Positions 9,071 through 16,121 of a DNA stretch of 64,000 bases are shown here, one piece after another. Positions within the stretch are counted from its first letter, which is position 1. Each line of letters begins with the position of its first letter. Under the pieces are notes generated by a model, which worked only from the letters and a program-made list of their open reading frames with translations, was not told the DNA's origin and ran no database searches. The DNA is from Pseudomonadota bacterium. Lineage in GTDB: Bacteria > Myxococcota_A > Polyangia > Polyangiales > JAKSBK01. The stretch covers positions 1,045 through 65,044 of the forward strand of contig JAKSBK010000148.1 in NCBI GenBank assembly GCA_022361155.1. The letters are read 5' to 3'. Both the position numbers and the translations under genes were made by a program.

Positions 9071-9251
9071 ATATGCAAGCCGAGGATGCCAGGAAAGGAA
9101 GACGCGGCTGCTTGCGCGGGCGGATAGGCCGATCGAGCCGGGCGCCGGTGATGGATGCGGGCTCAAGGCGGCGCAACACCGCTGGACGGGATGGATCGAA
9201 ATCGAAGCGGCGATGTTATGTTGACCGGATGCCCAAGGAGCGACCGCCGCG

Positions 9252-11144
9252 ATGACTCCCCTCGCACCTCTGGTCCTGGCTTCGCTCGGTCTCATCGTCG
9301 GTCCGCTGTGCGGCTCGCTCGGCGCGCGATCTCGGCCGGTTCATGCGCTGGTAGATGGGTTCGCGCTGGCCCTGGTGGGCGGCCTGTGCCTGGTTTTCGT
9401 TCTTCCCCACGCGGTAGGAGAGTTGGGTATTTTGGCGCTCGCGCTCGCGGGAGCCGGCGTCGCGCTGCCCTCCGTGGGCCAGAGGTTTTGGCGCAGCAGG
9501 TCGTGGTCGCTTGCGTTCGTCGTACTCTCGCTTTTGGCGCACGTCGTGCTCGACGGCATGGTGCTAGCCACCCAGAGCGATGGCGCCCCCCTTGCCTGGG
9601 CGGTTGTGGCACATCGACTGCCTGTTGGCTTTGCCGTCGTGGTTACTACTCAGGCGGCGCGGAGGTCGGCAGCGGTCTCGTGGGGGCTCACGCTGATGAT
9701 GGTAGCCGCGACGGTCGTGGGATACGCCTGGGGCGCGAGTATCGCGGCCTGGCTTCCACACAACACCCCAGGTGCGTGGGAAGCGCTCGTGGCGGGTGTG
9801 CTGCTGCACGTCGTCTTCCTGCCTCACGTGATGGAACGAGCATCGCATGCGCCCGGGCGTGCAGCTGCGCGAGATGCGGCACACGAGCAAGATGGATGCG
9901 GCCACGGTCGCTCGGACCGGCACCATCACGACGAGCAACCCGACCCAAGCGGCGGCGCGTGCTCCGACCCGGCGCGTTCTATCGCGCCCCGGCCTGGCGA
10001 AGGTCACACGGTGGATTCGGCGAGAGCTGCGCCATGGGCCGCAGCCGGCACGCTGGCGGGCCTCGTCGTGGTGTTCGCAGGAGGAACGCTCGTCGGACCG
10101 CATCCCCCCGAAGGCAGCGTGGTCGCCTTCCTGCGGACATTTTGCGTCCTGGTCCTGGAGAGTGCGCCAGCATTACTGCTCGGGTATGGGCTGGCGGGTG
10201 CGCTCCCGTATCTCTTGACGCCTGCCAGGACGAGCTCCCTGGCGCGCGGCGGCGGGCTCAGGCAATCCCTGCGCGGTGTCGCGTTTGGGCTCCCCATTCC
10301 CGTGTGCTCGTGCGGCGTGCTCCCGCTTTACCAGTCGCTCGTCCGCCGGGGCGCTCCGCCGATAGCCGCGATGGCCTTCTTCGTGGCCACGCCCGAGATC
10401 GGGCTCGACGCGGTGCTGCTGTCGGTGCCGTTGCTCGGGTCGTCATTGACCCTCGCGCGGGTGCTGTCGGCCTTCGCGGTCGCGCTGCTCGTTGCGCTTC
10501 TTGTGGGAAGTCGCACCTTGACCCGCACGTTGCCGGGAGAGGAGCCGGCACCGGACTCCGGCACGAGCTCTTGGAGCGCACGCATGCGGGCGGGGATGCG
10601 TTTCGGCTTCGTCGAGGTGTTCGACCACACGATGCCGTGGATCGCTCTGGGTCTGATCGTTGCGGCCATGGCGGAGCCGATGCTCTCGCACAGCGCGATC
10701 GAAACCATCCCGCGTGCTTTGCAGGTGCCCATCGCCGCGCTGGTCGGAGTACCCGTGTATGTCTGCGCGTCGGGCGCTACTCCCGTCGCCGCCCTGGCGC
10801 TGCACAAAGGCCTTTCTTCCGGCGCTGCCATCGCGTTTCTCATCGCCGGGCCGGCAACCAACGTTACGACCTTCGGTGTGCTTGCCAGCCTCCATGGGCG
10901 TCGAATCGCCCTGCTCTTCGGCTTCTCAGTAACCGCCTTGGCGGTGCTGGCCGGCTGGCTGGTCGACGTTATCGGCATTCCCGCGGCGCCTGTCCTCGAA
11001 GCACACGCGGACGCCGAGGCCCACGGGTCCTGGTTCGCCTGGATCTGCGTCGGCAGCCTCGCTGCGCTGGCGGTAGCCTCGCTCTTTCGGCAGGGGCCTC
11101 GGGGCGCCCTGCGTCAGGTTCTGGAGCCGATCCACGCTAACTGA
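9252..11144 (+). CDS. fused metal transporter: ZIP-like N-terminal half, His-rich loop, SO_0444/UPF0718-type permease C-terminal half
   Basis: An RBS (aaggag) lies 11 nt upstream of ATG 9252. The N-terminal half has TM helices with HVVLDGMVLA and LLHVVF. The loop is HEQDGCGHGRSDRHHHDEQ. The C-terminal half has PIPVCSCGVLPLYQSLVRRGAPPIAAMAFFVATPEIGLDAVLLS and VYVCASGATPVAALALHKGLSSGAAIAFLIAGPATN, which are typical of the CxC-containing predicted Cu/Zn efflux permeases. Confidence 0.8.
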   Translation: MTPLAPLVLASLGLIVGPLCGSLGARSRPVHALVDGFALALVGGLCLVFVLPHAVGELGILALALAGAGVALPSVGQRFWRSRSWSLAFVVLSLLAHVVLDGMVLATQSDGAPLAWAVVAHRLPVGFAVVVTTQAARRSAAVSWGLTLMMVAATVVGYAWGASIAAWLPHNTPGAWEALVAGVLLHVVFLPHVMERASHAPGRAAARDAAHEQDGCGHGRSDRHHHDEQPDPSGGACSDPARSIAPRPGEGHTVDSARAAPWAAAGTLAGLVVVFAGGTLVGPHPPEGSVVAFLRTFCVLVLESAPALLLGYGLAGALPYLLTPARTSSLARGGGLRQSLRGVAFGLPIPVCSCGVLPLYQSLVRRGAPPIAAMAFFVATPEIGLDAVLLSVPLLGSSLTLARVLSAFAVALLVALLVGSRTLTRTLPGEEPAPDSGTSSWSARMRAGMRFGFVEVFDHTMPWIALGLIVAAMAEPMLSHSAIETIPRALQVPIAALVGVPVYVCASGATPVAALALHKGLSSGAAIAFLIAGPATNVTTFGVLASLHGRRIALLFGFSVTALAVLAGWLVDVIGIPAAPVLEAHADAEAHGSWFAWICVGSLAALAVASLFRQGPRGALRQVLEPIHAN

Positions 11145-11214
11145 CCAGACAACCCAGGCAACCCGCAGGTCGAGCCTCCTTGGGCTTGGGCGTCGCATCG
11201 TTTGGCCGCACATC

Positions 11215-11315
11215 ATGCGATCTACTTGCATTATTGGCCCAGATCGGACGCGGACGCCTCCGGCGATTGGCCTCGAAGTTGGTGACCGATGCGGGCCAAG
11301 CTCGACGCGCGCGCC
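11215..11315. repeat. dispersed short element, copy B (between convergent genes)
   Basis: ATGCGATCTACTTGCA ... CTCGAAGTTGGTGACCGATGCGGGC CAAGCTCGACGCGCGCGCC. Positions 11272-11296 are identical over 25 nt to 59816-59840. Confidence 0.55.
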
Positions 11316-11340
11316 GGCCCGGCGAACCCCTCCCGGGCGA

Positions 11341-13647
11341 TCAGCTGGGATGCCAAAGCGCGACAAGCAACCGTGCTTCGGGCTGGTGGGTCGAGAGCAT
11401 CAGGATCTTGTCGCGGTAGGGCAGGGCTGCCATGTGGCGCGTGTTGAAGGGCAGCTTGTCGATCAGCGTCTGCCAGCGTTTGGCGGCGGGATCATAGACC
11501 TGCACCGACTTTGCGGCACGCATGCTTCTGCCGTCCCGCACCGAGCCGCCGATCAAGTACAGTCGCTCCCGAAGCGCGAGCAGATGTCCTGACAAGCGAG
11601 GCCGAGAGGGACAGCTCAGCGGGGCGAAGCGCTGCTGGGCGAAGTCGAACACCAGGCAGTCGCCGACGAGCTGGAAGCCTTCGCGCATGCCACCGATGAT
11701 GTAGTAGCGCCCGTTCAACGTGGCAGCGGCGAAGGCGCGGCGCGGTCCCGGCATGCGCACACGCTGCGTCACGAAAGGCTCGCTCGCCTGGTCCGTGGGG
11801 GCGCTGAGGATGCTCGTGACATGGTCGAAGGCTTGCATCCCCTTGCGTGCCGGGTCGTAGTTCAGACCGCCGAAGATCCAGGTCCGCTCGCCGTGCTCGG
11901 CGATCCCGAACTGGGTGCGCCCGCGGGGCAGGCCTGGCCGGCGGCTCCAGCGCTCCGTCTTGAAGTCGAACGCGTACGCGTCCGCGTGGGATACCGCCGC
12001 CGAGCCATCGTGGCCAAAACCGCCCATCACCACGGCGTGATCCGAGCCTGCATTGGTGCGCATGCTCTGCCGAGCATGCGGATAATCGGCGACGCGCTGC
12101 CAGCGTAGCGAGGGGAGATGCAGGCGCCAGCCCTGTGCCACGAAATTCGACGGTTCAAAGGCGTGCTGCTCCAGGGTGTTGTTGCCCCCAACGAAGTACA
12201 CGAAATCGCCCTTGACGAAGATCGCCTGGCGGTTCTTGGCAACGCCGGGGTAGTCCATGCTCCAGGACCAAAAATGGCCGGGCTCGAGACCTCGGCTGGC
12301 TTCCGTCTCGTCTAGCTTGCGTGCGTCTGCGCTGCCCCCATCCGATGGCACGGCGGAATCGACGGGCAGCCGCTCCACATGGCGCGTGCGGCCGGAGGTG
12401 TGCATGCCGCTTATGCCACCAATGGCGAGCAACTCGCCTTCGGAGCCCGGCACCAGCTGGTGGAAGAAGCGGGGGAACGCGAGCTTGCCTGCGGGCCGCC
12501 AGCGAGCCGTGCCAACGCGCCAGGCATAGAGCGTGCCCCCGCGCGCCGACGCGTACACTCGGTCGCCAATTCCATACGCCGATAGCCCGAAGGCCTTGCC
12601 CGGAAACTCCGGTCCCTGTCCCCAAGCGCCCGTTTGGGGGTCGAAGACGTGCACTTCGCGCGAGAGCCTGCGCTCGGGCGTGATGCCTCCGATCGCGACG
12701 ATCCGGCCAGCTGCGGCCGCGACTCCTAGAGCCCGGCACTTGAACGGCGCGGGGATCTCGCGCCAGGTCGCCCCGGGTCTTGCAAGGTCGAGCGCCAGCA
12801 AAGCGTCATGCCATCGAGCCTCGCGCGGCCCTCCCGAAAGACGCCAGCCGCCTGCCAGGTACACGTCGTGGCCGAGCAATGCGGCGCCGTGGGACGAGCG
12901 CGCGGCCGGCAACGGCGGCAATCGATTCCATCGCCCGCGTTGCGGATCGAAACAGGTGCTCTCATTCAGCGACGCCATGTGAGTTGGATCACCCCGCCGA
13001 TTGTGGATGCGCAGCCCGCCGAAGGCGCAGATGCGCCCCGCGTGGGCGACCAGCGCTGCGCTCTGGACGCCACCTGCAGCGAGCCGTGAGATTTCCTCCC
13101 AGTGGCGACCCCCATCGAGGGCGGTTTTCCCGAGGGCAGCGGTTGTCCCGAAAGCAACGCGCCACAGCGAGCGAGATTGGCCTTCCCGGGAATACCGGTG
13201 CGGCACCCCCGCGTAGCCGCCCAGCACATAGACGTGCTGCCCATCCGACGCAGCGCCGAAGCTTGTAACCGCAACCGGCATGGGTGGCAGCAGGCCGAAT
13301 AAGACCTGAACATGGTCGGCCGCTGGCGCGAGCGGGTTGATTTCATTGTGGGACTGGAGCTGCCGTGGCTGCTGGGATGCAGCCGCCGAGGAACGCGCCG
13401 TCGAAGCGGCGTGCGCCGGCGGCGCGCTCGAGCCGCCACAGCCGGCGAGCACCACGCCCATCGCCAACAGGCTGGTGCAAGCTGGGATCAAGACCCTGCA
13501 AACCCGGTGGCCGGGCCCGTGCGCTACCTCCTGGTCAGGCGACGGCAGCCAGCGATCCCTCTTCAGGGCTGCAGCCACCGACGATCCCTTTCTGAAGGGC
13601 TTGCGGCGTGTGCGATTGCACGGATCGAATCGGCTGAAGGGTAGCAT
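11341..13647 (-). CDS. Kelch-repeat (double beta-propeller) lipoprotein
   Basis: Repeated Kelch blades are present (HVYVLGGY, RICAFGGL, DVYLAGGW, RIVAIGGI, LLAIGGI, FVYFVGGN, AVVMGGF, TWIFGGL, YYIIGGM, LYLIGGS). The lipobox is VLAGCGG. ATG 13647 is preferred over the listed GTG 13677 because a good sigma70-like promoter (13678-13705) would start transcription downstream of 13677. Confidence 0.8.
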   Translation of the reverse strand: MLPFSRFDPCNRTRRKPFRKGSSVAAALKRDRWLPSPDQEVAHGPGHRVCRVLIPACTSLLAMGVVLAGCGGSSAPPAHAASTARSSAAASQQPRQLQSHNEINPLAPAADHVQVLFGLLPPMPVAVTSFGAASDGQHVYVLGGYAGVPHRYSREGQSRSLWRVAFGTTAALGKTALDGGRHWEEISRLAAGGVQSAALVAHAGRICAFGGLRIHNRRGDPTHMASLNESTCFDPQRGRWNRLPPLPAARSSHGAALLGHDVYLAGGWRLSGGPREARWHDALLALDLARPGATWREIPAPFKCRALGVAAAAGRIVAIGGITPERRLSREVHVFDPQTGAWGQGPEFPGKAFGLSAYGIGDRVYASARGGTLYAWRVGTARWRPAGKLAFPRFFHQLVPGSEGELLAIGGISGMHTSGRTRHVERLPVDSAVPSDGGSADARKLDETEASRGLEPGHFWSWSMDYPGVAKNRQAIFVKGDFVYFVGGNNTLEQHAFEPSNFVAQGWRLHLPSLRWQRVADYPHARQSMRTNAGSDHAVVMGGFGHDGSAAVSHADAYAFDFKTERWSRRPGLPRGRTQFGIAEHGERTWIFGGLNYDPARKGMQAFDHVTSILSAPTDQASEPFVTQRVRMPGPRRAFAAATLNGRYYIIGGMREGFQLVGDCLVFDFAQQRFAPLSCPSRPRLSGHLLALRERLYLIGGSVRDGRSMRAAKSVQVYDPAAKRWQTLIDKLPFNTRHMAALPYRDKILMLSTHQPEARLLVALWHPS

Positions 13648-13677
13648 CCGGACCTCGGCATTCGTAATCGCCGCCAC

Positions 13678-13705
13678 GTTATACGACTTTGAAAATCAAA
13701 GTCAA
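13678..13705 (-). promoter_or_regulatory. candidate sigma70-type promoter of the Kelch gene
   Basis: On the minus strand: TTGACT (13705-13700), a 16-nt spacer, then TATAAC (13683-13678). The -35 and spacer are formed by AT-rich box 1. Confidence 0.4.
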
Positions 13706-13709
13706 ATTC
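13689..13709. promoter_or_regulatory. AT-rich box 1 (TTGAAAATCAAAGTCAAATTC), candidate Fur-family or other metalloregulator operator
   Basis: 20 of 21 nt are identical to box 2, which lies 179 bp downstream. It is built of hexamers GAAAAT-CAAAGT-CAAATT, and it forms an isolated AT island in otherwise very GC-rich DNA. Confidence 0.5.
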
Positions 13710-13827
13710 GATTCGAGCAGGGGAACCTGCACCGGGCAGCACGCCGGACGGACCCGTGGATGACCTCGGCCGGCTCGATGGCGCCAAGCAGGTCCGCGCC
13801 AAAAACAGCCCAGATCCCGGTTTTTCG

Positions 13828-13856
13828 TTGACAGGCTCAGCACGCTGGCCTAAGAA
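13828..13856 (+). promoter_or_regulatory. candidate promoter of the TonB-receptor/HmuY operon
   Basis: TTGACA (13828-13833), a 17-nt spacer, then TAAGAA (13851-13856). Box 2 begins 12 nt downstream of the -10. Confidence 0.3.
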
Positions 13857-13867
13857 CATCACCGATA

Positions 13868-13888
13868 TTGAAAATCAAAGTCAATTTC
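13868..13888. promoter_or_regulatory. AT-rich box 2 (TTGAAAATCAAAGTCAATTTC), candidate metalloregulator operator
   Basis: Second copy of the 21-mer. It contains the inverted hexamers TTGAAA ... TTTCAA. It lies between the candidate promoter and ATG 13904. Confidence 0.5.
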
Positions 13889-13903
13889 AAATTTGTCCCA
13901 AGC

Positions 13904-16102
13904 ATGAGACTCCGGTTACCACAGCAGTCGTTGAGAGCGCGAAGCCGCGACCGGCTGTGGACGGGCAGCGCCGTCCGAGTCGCGCATGCCAGTCGCAAGC
14001 CGCGTCAAGGGGATGCATGGGGACACGGGGGACACAAGTCGCCGCCTGGGCTGCACAGCCAGGCCGGAATACCGGCAGCACACGCCTTTCCGGGAAGCCG
14101 GGCACCGCTCAGGCGGCGATTCCTGTGCTGTACGTGGGTAATGGCCGTGGTGGGCGCCGGGGGCCTCGCGAGGTCCGAGCGGGCGATTGCCCAGGGACCA
14201 TCCGACCAGTCCCGGAGCGACCACGAGCAGCCAGCCCAACGCAGCGCGCCACCGCAGGATGGGCAGGAGCAGCCCGCCGAGGTGATCGTCGTCACCGGCT
14301 CGCGCCGCGAGGAGCGGGCCCGTGACGCGGTCGTCGCGACCGAGGTCATCGGCCGGCACGCCATCGAACAGAGCGGGACGCGCAACGTCGGGGAGTTGCT
14401 GCAGGAACGCGCCGGCCTGCAGCTCAGGCGATCGTACCGGGGCAGCGCGCTTCTGTTGCGCGGGCTGGGCTCGGAATACACCCTCGTGTTGGTCAATGGC
14501 GACCGTGTGCCAGGTCGGATCGGGGGGGCGATCGATCTGTCGCGCTACGGTGTCGAGAACGTCGAACGTGTGGAAATCGTGCGCGGGCCGAGCTCGGCGC
14601 TCTACGGTGCCGACGCCCTGGGCGGTGTGATCAACATCATCACGCGCAGGCCGCACGCAGGGCTCGAAGGCGACGCGCTGCTGAGCGTTGGGCAAAACGG
14701 CAGCCTGGATCTCACGTCGCGCGTGGGGGGCCGGCCGGCGCGGCGCGTCGACTTCCAGCTAACGGCGGGTCTGCATCGAGCCGGTGCGTTTCGCAGCGGC
14801 GCGGTAGAGGCCACTCGAGGCAGCGCTCGCCGGCAGTGGTCGGCGGGCCTGCGCGTAGGACTGCATGCCGGCACCTCGCACGAGCTTCGCGCGCAGGCGG
14901 ATTATGTGCAGCTCGAGCTGCGCGGGATCGACGAGGGTGCCGGATCTGCCGTGTTCGATCGCACGCAGTTGCAGGAGCAGCTGGTCGCAAGTGTCGAGCA
15001 GCGTCTGGGCGTCTCGGACGCGGCGCTCCTTGTCAGCAGGGTGAGCTATAACGAGTTCCGCGAGCAATACCTGCTCGACCAGCGCCAGGGCAGCGCGCTC
15101 GACAAGGACGAAGACAACCGCGAGCGGCTCGCGCAGGCGACGCAGCTGCTGCATCTGCGGGCATCCGGCGTGCATGAGCTGAGCTTTGGTCTGGAGGGGC
15201 TGTCGCAGCAGCTGGACTCGCCTCGTATTGACAGCCGGGGCCGCCGCGTACGCCTGTCGGTGTTCGGCCAGGATGAGTGGCAAGTGCTGGTCCAGGGCCA
15301 GACGCGGCTGCGCGTGGTGCCGGGCTTGAGGCTCGACGCCGACTCGCAATTCGGCCGCCAGCTTTCTCCCAAGCTCGCACTGCGGCTGGACGCCGGCCCG
15401 GCGCTGGTGCTGCGTGCCATGTACGGGCGCGGCTTCCGAGCCCCGTCGTTCAAGGAGCTGCTGCTGCGTTTCGAGAATCCCACCGCAGGCTATGCCGTAT
15501 CGGGAAACCCGGACCTGCGCGCGGAACGCAGTCATGGCGTCGATCTAGGTGTCGCGTGGCGGCCTCACGACGTGCTCGACCTGCGAACCAGCCTCTTCCG
15601 TAATGACCTCGACGGCATGATAGCGGTGGTCATGCTCGACACGAGCGCGACAGGTCGGCGTTTTTCCTATCAGAACCTCCGCTCGGCATGGACCATGGGA
15701 GTGGAGTCGGCCGCCGAGTTGCGCCCGGGCGGCGTTTTCGCGTTGAGTCTCGCTCACACCCTCACGCAAACGTGGGATGCCGACAAGCACCGCCGCCTCG
15801 AAGGTCGCCCCCTGCATCGACTGACAGCAGCACCCCGCTTTCGTTGCTCGGACTGGGGATCCGACGCCTCGGTACGTGTCGCGCTTCTGCTCGGGCGGGT
15901 CTTTTACGAGGACGAGAACAACGATGGCGTCGAAGAACAGCTGCGCGCCCCGGTGCTCGCGCAGGTCGATCTGCGCCTGGCCAAGCACTTTGGCCGTGAA
16001 TTCGAGTTGGCCTTTGGCATCGACAATCTTCTCGATGCCGGAGATCGATACTCTGTCCTGAGGCCCCGCACCGCGTATGGGGCGGTGCGGGGCCGCTATT
16101 GA
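13904..16102 (+). CDS. TonB-dependent receptor (HmuR/BtuB-like)
   Basis: Plug motifs are present (VIVVTGSRREERARDAVVATEVIGRHAIEQSGTRNVGELLQERAGLQL, LLRGLGSEYTLVLVNGDRV, VERVEIVRGPSSALYGADALGGVINIITR). The barrel ends in RTAYGAVRGRY with a terminal aromatic residue. The listed TTG start at 13868 lies inside box 2, so ATG 13904 is used. The real start and signal peptide remain uncertain; RRRFLCCTWVMAVVGAGGLA looks like the hydrophobic core. Confidence 0.85.
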   Translation: MRLRLPQQSLRARSRDRLWTGSAVRVAHASRKPRQGDAWGHGGHKSPPGLHSQAGIPAAHAFPGSRAPLRRRFLCCTWVMAVVGAGGLARSERAIAQGPSDQSRSDHEQPAQRSAPPQDGQEQPAEVIVVTGSRREERARDAVVATEVIGRHAIEQSGTRNVGELLQERAGLQLRRSYRGSALLLRGLGSEYTLVLVNGDRVPGRIGGAIDLSRYGVENVERVEIVRGPSSALYGADALGGVINIITRRPHAGLEGDALLSVGQNGSLDLTSRVGGRPARRVDFQLTAGLHRAGAFRSGAVEATRGSARRQWSAGLRVGLHAGTSHELRAQADYVQLELRGIDEGAGSAVFDRTQLQEQLVASVEQRLGVSDAALLVSRVSYNEFREQYLLDQRQGSALDKDEDNRERLAQATQLLHLRASGVHELSFGLEGLSQQLDSPRIDSRGRRVRLSVFGQDEWQVLVQGQTRLRVVPGLRLDADSQFGRQLSPKLALRLDAGPALVLRAMYGRGFRAPSFKELLLRFENPTAGYAVSGNPDLRAERSHGVDLGVAWRPHDVLDLRTSLFRNDLDGMIAVVMLDTSATGRRFSYQNLRSAWTMGVESAAELRPGGVFALSLAHTLTQTWDADKHRRLEGRPLHRLTAAPRFRCSDWGSDASVRVALLLGRVFYEDENNDGVEEQLRAPVLAQVDLRLAKHFGREFELAFGIDNLLDAGDRYSVLRPRTAYGAVRGRY

Positions 16103-16121
16103 GGGCAAGGAGGCAAGACCC

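Noticed and set aside
9155-11140. 661-aa plus-strand ORF overlapping the permease gene in another frame
   Set aside because: It is a low-complexity Arg/Gly/Ala-rich translation. The 9252 frame has clear TM helices, permease motifs and an RBS.
13868-13903. TTG start at 13868 for the TonB receptor (MKIKVNFKF...)
   Set aside because: The codons are the AT-rich box itself, which is duplicated upstream in non-coding context. ATG 13904 or a later start is more plausible.
13904-14140. Possible cobalamin riboswitch ahead of the BtuB-like receptor. GGGAAGCCGGGCACC...CUGUGCUGU vaguely recalls the GGGAA...GGUG...CCACUGU core.
   Set aside because: There is no convincing B12 box or the expected paired regions. 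The region probably encodes the receptor N-terminus and signal peptide, and the HmuY partner points to heme rather than B12.
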